Below are positions 26,889-37,804 of a DNA stretch of 64,000 nucleotides, piece after piece. Below the pieces are notes generated by a model. The model made no database searches. It was not told the origin of the DNA and saw nothing but the letters and a program-made list of their open reading frames with translations. Position 1 is the first letter of the stretch. The number at the start of each line of letters is the position of its first letter. The position numbers and the translations under genes were made by a program. Origin of the DNA: Octopus vulgaris (Eukaryota); NCBI GenBank assembly GCA_951406725.2, contig OX597832.1, forward strand, positions 65,410,001-65,474,000, given 5' to 3'.

Positions 26889-27303
26889 CCCTATCTAGGT
26901 ATTTCATCTTTCAGATGTTCTCCCTGAAGGTAAGACAATTTTTTTCAAGTTTGTTGCACACACGCATTTTTGTTAGTACATACATATATATATATAGACG
27001 TGTGTGTGTCTGTGTGTGTAAGTATGTGCTAGTCTGTGCGTGTATGTGTGTGTATACATACACATATGGATATGCGTATATATAACACGTCTGTGTTAAG
27101 GATAGGCGAATTCAGAATGTGACACACAAAAGTGATGGCATGGTGCGATGGTCAGATGAAACATATAGGAAATTAATCTGAAGTCATCTAGACGTGATAA
27201 ACAGTATGGAATTACGACTAGAGATCCCACATTCACACCCCAGAAAATCACGGAAGGCCTTGTATGTAGTTTGTAGAGAAAACGGTAATCGAGTCTACAT
27301 GAA

Positions 27304-27351
<48 letters not shown>

Positions 27352-27750
27352 CACATACACACATACCAACACACACAGGCACACGCCAACACACAACTAG
27401 CTACACAAACACACACACACGCACACTCACACACTCGCACACACACAGAGGTTCGAAGAGTCAGGTAGCGCTCACAGTAAGCTCTTTTCCTGGTGCGTGG
27501 CTATCGAATAACCGGGGTTCAGCTAAGATTTAACATCTTCGTCGCTCTAAAATTCCACCTCTTTACTGTGATAGAGTGTCTATATCAATATTAATCAGGT
27601 AAGAAAAGTGTAGTGAGGAGTAGATGTTGACAACTATTTTGTAATGTTTGTTAGTTACTTAAGCGACGCTACATCATCAGTCTCACACACGCATATATAG
27701 TTATAAATAGAAATATACATCCCGTTGTTCTCTATTCTACTAACGCCTAA

Positions 27751-28380
27751 TTCAAGCATGTTTGGTGTATGTCTATGCATAACTTTCTGTTATAATTATA
27801 TATATATAATTATATATCAGTATAAATATTTTCCTAAATTGAGTTAAGATGCTAGCCACTTGATAGAATCATGAAATGGTTTTATCATTAATTAATGAAT
27901 TATGAATAATATGTATAATTTACTCCTGGTGAATTTAGCATTTACTGTGGTATTTATTTCGATCGAAAAAGCACGTTGTTTGTGGAAATGAAATTAGATT
28001 TGGAAAAGTCTATACATGTGGATGTATATATATACATATATGTCCGTTTGGATACAAGCTTGTTCATATGGTATGCATGGATAACTATATATATTTGGCG
28101 TCCCATACTGATGAAATCACGGGAAATTTGTTTCCTTTAGACAGAAATCGCTCGTCGATCTATGGGTAACCTTTTCTTTGATATCTGATTGATTCACTAA
28201 ACTACTTTCAGCCTGTGCTAATGGCGTAAAACAATGGGTGGTTTATAGAGCTTTTAGCGTCTATTTCAAGCATGTTGGCATGTGTCTACGCATAGCATTG
28301 TGCTATAATTAACGAAATGGAGTTAACATGCTGGCCACTTGATAGAATCATTAAATGTTTTTATCCTTCATTAATTATAT
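27751..28380 (+). mobile_element. Old retrozyme/pLTR-like element: ~514-bp unit with terminal redundancy
   Basis: TTCAAGCATG..GAGTTAA.ATGCT.GCCACTTGATAGAATCAT occurs at 27751 and again at 28265, with an HHR motif between the copies. Confidence 0.6.
28102..28166 (+). ncRNA. Type I hammerhead ribozyme (stem II base decayed)
   Basis: CCCATA-CTGATGA-..GGGAAA(tttg)TTTCCT..-GAAA-TCG(ctcgt)CGA-TC-TATGGG. Stems I and III are perfect. Confidence 0.65.
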
Positions 28381-28470
28381 ATATATACATATAGATAGAA
28401 ATGGCAAGACAAAAAAAGAATGAAAGATACCTCGATATTATGTAAATAGAGGAATTTATCTGTAAATGCA

Positions 28471-28656
28471 TGTGACAATCATTCGGAAGCCATGATAAAA
28501 CTCCGAGTTTCGAATGTCGGAGCGACATCCACGCCGGTATCTCTTCAGTTATCGGGCCATCGATAGCATGTTTTTCGATAGCCCGATAACGGTGTGGGTT
28601 TTCGCCCCGACATCCGAAACTCGGAGTTTTATTATGGCTACCCAATAATTGTCACA
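28471..28656. repeat. 186-bp fold-back (near-palindromic) element, TGTGACA...TGTCACA
   Basis: The left and right halves are imperfect reverse complements around a short loop at ~28565-28574. Confidence 0.85.
28494..28553 (-). ncRNA. Hammerhead-like ribozyme in the left arm of the fold-back
   Basis: Minus strand: GATAA-CTGAAGA-GA..ATGTCG(ctc)CGACAT-TC-GAAA-CTCGGAG-TT-TTATC, with an 11-nt bulge in stem II. Confidence 0.6.
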
Positions 28657-28762
28657 CACTCACACACACACATACACAGACACACACGCAAACACACACA
28701 TACACACAAACACACACACATATATATATATTTATATTCTTTTATTCCCTTAATTTAGTTGT

Positions 28763-28979
28763 TTTAGTTGTTTCAGTCACTTGACTGCGGCTATGCTGGG
28801 CCTCTGTCTTTAGTCAAGCAAATTGACACCAGGACTTAATCTTTCTAAGCCTAGCACTTATTTTATCAGTTTGTTTTGTCGAAAAGCTTGGTTGCGGAGA
28901 CATAAACGCAGCAGCATCCGTTGTCAAGCGATGTTAAGAGGGGAAAAACACGAAGTCACAAACATATATACACAAATAC

Positions 28980-29064
<85 letters not shown>

Positions 29065-29225
29065 CGGCAGGCTTCTTTCGGTTTCCGCCTACCAAACCCA
29101 CTCCCAAGGTTTTTTCCGGCCCGATGCTATAGTAGAAAACACTTGCCCAAGATGCCACGCAGTGAGACTGAACCCGGAACCATGTGGGTGGAAAGTAAGC
29201 TACTTGCCGCACAGCCACTCCTCTG
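28763..29225 (-). mobile_element. SINE family B, full length
   Basis: Aligns with 18295-18720, including the internal microsatellite. Confidence 0.85.
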
Positions 29226-29226
29226 T

Positions 29227-29288
<62 letters not shown>

Positions 29289-29433
29289 TTATATATAGAG
29301 GGCATTATACATACATGCCAGCGGGCATTATACATACATGCCACACGCTAAGAGGGACAATTAGTCATTTCTACCAAAAATATTACTAATCCCACTGAGT
29401 GCAATTTTTCAAAGTAAGACATTTAAAAATATA

Positions 29434-29479
29434 GACCTGTATCACAGTGATTTCAAAATTACGTACTCATCAGCAGGCC
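29434..29479 (-). ncRNA. Hammerhead copy in the inverted arm (stem II mutated)
   Basis: Same motif as 29837-29882, but the 3' strand of stem II reads TTTT instead of GTAT. Confidence 0.55.
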
Positions 29480-29836
29480 TGAATGTATCATACATAAACA
29501 AACGACCCTGCCCCGCTTAAGTCGATCAGCTAACTGATCAACATCAACGAAGCACATGGGTGAGTTTACATATATTACATCCTGTAAATGGCATACTTTT
29601 ACGAATTGCATATCTACCTGACAATTTCTTGTTAAGTTTTCCTTATTAAGTAGTTGTCCTTAATTGCTAAATTTTTATTCCGAAAAAACTTTTCCTCTCC
29701 CGAAATGCAATTCGTAAAAGTATGCCATTTACAGGATGTAATATATGTAAACTCACCCATGTGCTTCGTTGATGTTGATCAGTTAGCTGATCGACTAGGG
29801 CGGGGCAGGGTCGTTTGTTTATGTATGATACATTCA

Positions 29837-29882
29837 GGCCTGCTGATGAGTACGTAAGTATGAAATCACTGTGATACAGGTC
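29837..29882 (+). ncRNA. Type I hammerhead ribozyme
   Basis: GGCCTG-CTGATGA-GTAC(GTAA)GTAT-GAAA-TCA(ctg)TGA-TA-CAGGTC. All three stems pair; GNRA loop on stem II; AUA triplet. Confidence 0.8.
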
Positions 29883-30156
29883 TATATTTTTAAATGTCTT
29901 ACTTTGAAAAATTGCATCTCGGTGGGATTAGTAATATTTTTGGTAGAAATGACTAATTGTCCCTCTTAGCGTGTGGCATGTATGTATAATGCCCGCTGGC
30001 ATGTATGTATAATGCCCTCTATATATAAATTAATATGTTCAATAAGAAATAATTATTTTCGAAATTTATTCTCTTATGAGGTTTTCACGCTATCTACCTG
30101 ACAATTTCTTGTTAAGTTTTCCTTATTAAGTAGTTGTCCTTAATTGCTATATATAT

Positions 30157-30208
<52 letters not shown>

Positions 30209-30904
30209 GCTCTTCCTTCACTGTATACAAGCATACGTCAACTGTCGTTCTATATTACTGTGTATATTTCTTTAGAAATTCCACCGTTCCTCTCCTTCCA
30301 CCCCTCCATCCCTCCATCACTCCGATTCACTACCTATTCCTTGAAGGAATCAAAGAACATGAACAACACGATTTTAGACCAAACAAGCAACAACGTAACT
30401 GCGGATTTGAGAATCATCCATTAAGCTTACATGACAGCCTCGAATCATATAACAACAGAAACTTATAATAGAGTATTAATTAGAATGTCACTCGTATAAA
30501 TATAATCAGCCTAAAGCTATTATTAGAGGCTACACGAAAGAGATCAGTTTGTTAATAATGAGGTCATTGTTCAGCCTCTCAGTCAATTGATATACACACT
30601 TATACACACATATATACACGAGGACATAAAAAAAAAATACAAATGTGTGCAAGGGCGGAACTATCGACTCGGAGATATGGTCTATAATTCTACCTACGTA
30701 TTTCACTAATATTTTTGTTTCTTGACCACTTGACGGGTCATGTTCTATGTTTGGCATATGATGAACTCAGAATTTGATCGCATTCGTGTGTGCATACACA
30801 CACGTCGATATGTGTATGTATGTATGTATATATGTATGTATTTATGTTAAATGATTAAGACAAGTAAAAGAATAAAAGAATATATACACACACACATATA
30901 TATG

Positions 30905-31610
30905 TATATATATAATTGAAATTTAAGAGAAAAACAAAAGACGAAGACAGGTGTATAAAAAACAAGCAGGTATTTTATTTTGACGCTCGAGAGATCGGGA
31001 AAGTCTTTTACGTTTCGCGATTACACTCTTGAACAGAAAGGAAGACAAGAAACTAAACAGCGAGAGAATAAAAGAAACTTGTAGAGTTAGCGGTAGGCCA
31101 TGGTGATTGGTTAGTCAAAGGTAGTTAGACAGGAAAGTTAGGAAGAAGGGGAGAGAATAAAGTACTGGTGATCCCAAAACGAAGGTGCTTGTGCTTGTGT
31201 GTATGGGAGAGTGTGTGTGTGGATAGGAGCTGGTGACTTTTAGGTGTGGATATGTGCGTGTGTAAATGTGTACGTCTTTAATGTGTGGGCGTGTGGACGA
31301 TGGGGTGGGTGCTGGAAAGTGGTCAGTGCTAGTGTGTGCGGAGTGGTGTTGGGTGGTGTGATGTGGTGTGGATGTGTTGGGATCTGTGAATGTGAGGGTG
31401 GGGTAGGAAGTGGGGGCGGTGAGGGTATGGGTTGGGTTTATTGGAGTGGAGCGAGGGTTTGAGGGTGGGGTGAAGATGGAAGGGGTGTTAATGAAGAGAG
31501 GATGTAGTTAGGAGTGAAGAGAAGAAGTAGGTGCCAGATGAATACAAGAGAGGAGGGAATCAGATGGAGGGCATTGTGCCCATGTGGCGTAACGGAACGA
31601 AGAGAGATAC
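30905..31610 (-). mobile_element. Penelope-like element 3' end (last codons, C-rich UTR, pLTR), degenerate
   Basis: The reverse complement parallels 43365-44445 (SLRSVTPHGHN vs SLRSFTPFVLN; CACCTTCGTTTTGGG; GAAACGTAAAAGAC at 31004-31040). Confidence 0.7.
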
Positions 31611-32129
31611 ATATATATTTATGTATTGATAGTTACATATATGTGTGTGTCTGTCTGTATATGTACATATATTAATTATTAATACTTTAGCGACTAAAAC
31701 AAAATATATTTTAACATTATAACATCTAGAATAATAAATATATAAAAATATAAAGAAATATATAACTATATAAATATATAAAAATATATAAGAATACATA
31801 TATATATAGGAAACATATAAATAAATAATATATAAGGTAAGATAAAAGTTCATCGCTTAGAAATGTTTTCGATTAAAAATTAATTTTCAAGATAAGGGAA
31901 AACCTATTGTTAAAAGCCAGTGTCCAAGAAAAAAAAAAAAGAAACCATATTTACATTCCCTATGGCCATTTCACTGGTTCATCACCGTATTTAATGCACG
32001 AGGGTGCATCACGATAATTACTCCTTCATTAGAGCGAGACCTCCTTAACCAAACCTGATGAAATATTGCATGGTTTCTTATTTAATACGTCATGCTCAGA
32101 CCAGCCAAAATATTCAAAATTAAAAAAAA

Positions 32130-32855
32130 AAGAAGAAGGAACTTATTAACTATATAAATGGCTGTATTAAATTAAATTCAACCTCGACTGTTTCAATTCC
32201 CTGTAAGAGCTAAATTATTTATTTGCTACAATATCTTTTTCCTATACATTTTAAGAAGGTAGATGAAAATTTATGGATGCAAAAATGAATCACGTCAGTA
32301 AATTTATTCAGAGTGTGTGGTCCATAACACCTAATGATGGTAAGGGATTCCTTTATGCACAGCTTCCACTTGCTAATATTTCCTTTGAAATTTGGTGTTT
32401 TAGAGACAATGGACCATTCTAGATAATAATTCTTATTATTCTTCTTCAAATTATGTATATGGGATGCAAGTGTTGTTCAATTACAATATTTATCATTAGA
32501 AAATGAGCTCTTAAGCAATCTATATCTAGCCTTAAAATCTACCGTACTACCTATATAATATTTATTTAACATATCCTCGTCCTTGACTACACATTTATAT
32601 ATGATGTTAGTAACTAGACAGGAACCATTTAAAGGACATAATTCGGGGTTTCTACAATTACATTTCTTCCCGGGCCTCTTCTAGTTTTATTTCTATTGTT
32701 ACCTTTACTTTTTGTATCATCATTTCTAGATAGGCTTCCTTCTTTCATTCGATCAAATCTTCCTTTATTACTTGGGTTCGATAGACCCGGTGAAGGCAGA
32801 CTGTTTGTAGCATTGGCATTAGGCGTTACAGAATTATTATTCGCAGGTCCTTGGT
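32130..32855 (-). mobile_element. Penelope-like (Neptune-type) GIY-YIG endonuclease fragment
   Basis: Minus strand: [60 protein letters not shown]. Confidence 0.8.
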
Positions 32856-32861
32856 CATCTA

Positions 32862-32979
<118 letters not shown>

Positions 32980-32986
32980 TACATAC

Positions 32987-33017
<31 letters not shown>

Positions 33018-33451
33018 AACTCAACTTGTGTGTGTGTGTGTGTCTCTGTGTGTGTATATGTGTGTTTAACTTCCCGGCACATCTCCTTCTAGCCAACAAA
33101 TCGTAGAACTAACAAAAACTGGGTCATTTAAAGTTTAGGTGAATGAAAATTGAACTGTGCTATTTCTCTTCCGAAATTCATCTCGCAAGTGCAAAAATCG
33201 ATAATGAGTTTGTTTAGGCCTTATCCCATGCATTGAATAGTGAACTTTACTCAGTCAGCTCTTTGACTTTGTGAATACATACCAATTGTTTTCATAACAT
33301 TATTAACGCTTTGAATTAAATGTGACCATTTTGCGATGAGTCTGCAGTTTGAATCTCTTTAACCAAATTTTAGCAGGCCGGATTTTTGATCATCACGATA
33401 CATCGCCAGCGACTCCCTGAAACTCTCCCCTGAAATACCCGTTGAGAAATA

Positions 33452-33842
33452 TCTCTACATATATAAAGCTGAAGTTGTCTGTGTATGGCAGGTTTGGTAG
33501 ACTTCAACTAACACAATCTCCTCCGAGACCCTGCTGCGCAAGTAAACCAAAATTGACAGTGTGATAGAAGAAGGCTTGCTCTTCCTTCCATATAACAAAA
33601 GATTCAAATCAGACCATGTTAACACCAAAAATTATTTACACCAAAAAGATGCTTTTTTTCTATGAAAATCCCTACTTTTTGCGATTTTTTTACTGCTGTG
33701 TCACCATTTTTCAGTGTATTTCAACCAGAAAAATGTTCACTTAAAAACAATAACAAGCTACATAATGCGAAATTTTTACTTTTCAAAAATTCCAATTCTA
33801 AAGTGTCGAAAGAAACCAGAGCAATGCCGGGCGATGCTGCTA

Positions 33843-33843
<1 letters not shown>
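33452..33843 (+). mobile_element. Non-autonomous Helitron (392 bp)
   Basis: A|TC 5' end (TCTCTACATATATAAAG), subterminal imperfect hairpin CCAGAGCAATGCCGG, CTAG|T 3' end, no TSD. Confidence 0.75.
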
Positions 33844-33914
<71 letters not shown>

Positions 33915-33915
33915 G

Positions 33916-34555
33916 TATTGTGTCATCCCATAAACAATGCGTTATTTCAATTACATGAACTAAAATTCAGATGGGATTGGATAAACAGCCTACGTCAACT
34001 TGCTATAAAAATAGGTAGTAATTTTACCTTGTAATTATTCTTAGTGCAACTTTTGAAGAGTTCAATTCAATCTTAACAGACTTTTTTTCAAAGCGATAAT
34101 GGATGTGATAAAGGAGCATAATCGGCATATTTTGCTTTCTGAGTACAAGAAGGGCAACAGCGCAACGGATAGAGCGAGGAATATTAATGCAATATATGGG
34201 GACGGGACAATACGCGTAAGCCAGTGTCAACGGTGGTTCCAGAAATTGCGGGCCAGAACTACAGCCTAAAAGACGAATCTCGTCCTGAAAAACCTGTAGA
34301 GCTCGACGGAACTCCTGAAAACCATGGAGAAACTTGGCTTTGATCATTCACCTATTCATCGACACCGGCGTGACATCGAAGAAACCAGCAAATTGGGTCA
34401 ATGGATTCCTCACAAACTTTCCGACTCTAATCGCGCACAGAGAGTAAATGTGTGCTCTTCTTTGCTGTCACGTCTCAAGAATGAACCTTCTTCGGACCGA
34501 ATAATGACCGTTGACGACAAATGAGTTCTCTATCAAAATGTCAAGCACCGTATCC
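33916..34555 (+). mobile_element. Mariner 5' half, decayed
   Basis: TA-TTGTGTCATCCCATAA TIR-like start; KEHNRHILL..GNSA..INAIYG..CQRWFQK, WIPHKL and DRIMTVDDK*VLY motifs. Confidence 0.8.
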
Positions 34556-34718
34556 ATTAATATTAGAAACACTTTCAGCCTCATCAACGGTGTTCTACAT
34601 GCAGATTTTAAGAGGTAGCGAATAATTGTGAGCACATTTTTCAAACACGGAATTCCGTTAGAAATTATAGTTTGTTTCGCGCACGATTTGTTTCTGTAAT
34701 AATAATTGTGTATTGTAC

Positions 34719-34934
34719 GGCGGCGATCAGGGAAAATCGATAGCATGCCGGGCGAAATGCTTAGGGTTTATTCGTCTGTCTTTACGTTCTGAGTTCAAAT
34801 TCCGCCGAGGTCAACTTTGCCTTCTATCCTTTCGGGGTCGATAAATTGAGTATCAGCTGCCAACTGGGGTCGATCTAATCGACTGGTCCCCTCCCGCAAA
34901 ATTTCGGGCTTTGTGCCCTGACTAGAAAAGAATT
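34719..34934 (+). mobile_element. tRNA-derived SINE, family A
   Basis: Aligns with 8833-9046 (GAGTTCAAATTCCGCCGAGGTCAACTTTGCC..GGGGTCGATCTAATCGACT). Confidence 0.85.
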
Positions 34935-35488
34935 CATGTTTCGATGATCCCTCTTCAATCTTATCACCATACATTGTCGTCTAAATTCAAATAACACACA
35001 TATATATATATATATACACACATACATATGTCTTTGATACTGCATTTACTCCATTTCCATTTCGATTACGTACCTCCAAAACCTACCTTCTCGATTCCAC
35101 ATCACATACTTGCTCACAGATCACAAATCGACAACTGCCCATCATCTATCTAAGTTGCGTCGAACAGCTCGATACACTTAGAATGGCATTTAATATCTCA
35201 TATATGTCTCTGTTAAACTTTTAATACGGCCAGGACATGGTTACTCTGAGTTTCCTGTCTACAAGCGTCAGATTACGCTTTTGTTCAGGTTTTCTTTGAC
35301 AATTGGAGGTGTGAATCTAAACTCAGGTCAACGAAATTTGAACTTTCAGCTTATTAAATAATATAACACTTTATATGCAGTATAGAGAACTGTCTTTTCT
35401 TTCTTGTCTGCAATCAAGTATTCGTATTCAAGCTATAACAGTCATTCATTTATTCATACATACAAACATACATACATACGGGTATATA

Positions 35489-35521
<33 letters not shown>

Positions 35522-35609
35522 TATGCATCTGTGTGTGAGTGTGTGCGTGTATATATATATATATAATGCAAAATAACTTTTGTGTGAAGAATATTGAATC
35601 AAAAATTCC

Positions 35610-35720
<111 letters not shown>

Positions 35721-36267
35721 GTATATATCTTTTCTTTTTCTTCCTTGCTCCTCTGTCTCTCACTCTTTCTTTAACTGGCATCATCTGCAATGGTTTCGAT
35801 ACGTCTGATCAATGCTGTTATATCTTCTCTGAATTTCCTCTTCACATGAAAGTTCTTTAAGCTATAAAGAAGATGAATGCACATATTAAGGTGTTGAAGC
35901 GATAAATATGTCAGACAACGACAGTGAATAAAATAAGTGCGCTTTACCATCCAACTTCCACATTTTATTCTTCTTCGGTTTCATGTTATATATACAGGTC
36001 TGTCTCTCTCTTTCTCTCTCTCTCTCTATGTATACATATATATGCATATACATATACACACACACGTATATACATGTTGCGAAATAGATAGATAAAGAGA
36101 TACACATGTATATGTATATAAATGCAAACGTATAAACATACACGTGTGTTGTAAGCGTGTAAGCTTGTGTACATATAGTATATATATCTATATAATACAT
36201 ACACAGGTATATACATGCATATACACATACATGTAAGCATCCAAAGATACCTACATACATACATATG

Positions 36268-36307
<40 letters not shown>

Positions 36308-36340
36308 CGTACAGACACACACACATACACATACACACAC

Positions 36341-36372
<32 letters not shown>

Positions 36373-36796
36373 GTACTTTAGAGGGTGTTATATTTTTTCA
36401 TTATTCTGCTTTGTGCATTTTTTTGTTTCATCCGCCATCTTGTGTTCAACTTTTTCAGCCATCATCATCAACATCATCATCATCATCATTCTTCACTTTT
36501 CTTTTTATCACTGCTACTGTATAGGAAGCCAAATTGGTAACATAAGATAAAGTATGGTATATGGACTGTGCAGTCTGTAACAAAGTATCATTCGGAAAGG
36601 CTGAAGAACTCTCCAATTTCAGTCACTTGATTTCATGAGTGCACGAGCATTCGCAGATCTCAGGTGGAACGTAGAGATGAGTTGTAGCGTCATATTGTGT
36701 TTTCTGCTCAACCATTAATTTTATACGGATACACATCTCTTCATAACCTTAGAAATATTATACAGTTTACTGCAATGAAGAAGGAGATTCTATTCA

Positions 36797-36877
<81 letters not shown>

Positions 36878-36880
36878 GTC

Positions 36881-36934
<54 letters not shown>

Positions 36935-36965
36935 ACTATCTATCTATATATCTATCTTTCTATCT
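36797..36965 (+). repeat. (TATC)n microsatellite
   Basis: Direct reading. Confidence 0.97.
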
Positions 36966-37059
36966 AACTATGCATATATGAATGTATCTATTTATGAACA
37001 CTCATTCACACCCTACCGTCTCTTTCGTCCCCCCTCTCTCTCTGTATAAATAATACCTA

Positions 37060-37105
<46 letters not shown>

Positions 37106-37445
37106 GTGTGTGTTTGTGTGTGTGTGTGTGTGTTTCCCTGTGTGTGTATGTGTGTGTATAGCATTCCATCCGTCTTTCCGCACTGAGTTCGAATCTCAAT
37201 CAGATGGATAGACAGATAAGTAGATAAATATATAACACACACTTTTACATGAGACTATATAATCTACGTGCGACACAAATTATGCATCAATGTATGTATG
37301 TATGTATGTATGTATGTATTTATGTATGTATCTATCTATCTATCTCTCTGTCTATCTATCAATGTATATATCTATCTATATATATATTTATATATATATA
37401 TATGATAAATAATATATAGTTTATATATATAATAAATAATATATA

Positions 37446-37483
<38 letters not shown>

Positions 37484-37804
37484 AACAATATATAGTATAT
37501 ATGTATATTTATATATATAAATAATAATATATAGTATATAAATATATATATATATATATTCACACACACACATACGTATATATGTACATGCATATATGGG
37601 TACAGGACATCACTAACGGTCCAAACGAAATGAAATACTTAAACGAACTTTTAAATATATAAAAACGGTGAAAATGGAAGGCAGAAGAAGTAAACACCGA
37701 GAAAGGACTCTTCATCAGTTATTGGCTGGCTATCTACTCCTAATTTCGAGCATTCGCTCCGTAAGTTCTAAAATAAAATTGCATACATACATATATATAT
37801 ATAT

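Larger units (their letters stand above)
26103..26983 (-). mobile_element. Retrozyme-like non-coding element: 426-bp tandem unit plus inverted segment
   Basis: 26103-26528 restarts at 26529 (partial, internally deleted second unit). 26758-26983 is an inverted copy of 26196-26420. Each orientation carries an HHR. Confidence 0.75.
29287..30149 (+). mobile_element. Retrozyme-like non-coding element: 480-bp unit with 59-bp terminal redundancy, preceded by a 325-bp inverted copy
   Basis: 29611-29669 recurs at 30091-30149. 29287-29611 is the near-identical reverse complement of 29705-30030. (TA)n lies on both sides. Confidence 0.8.

Noticed and set aside
27625-27684. Minus-strand CTGATGA..AAAATAGTTGTC hammerhead-like motif
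   Set aside because: G12 is lost and stem I does not pair. At best it is a dead remnant.
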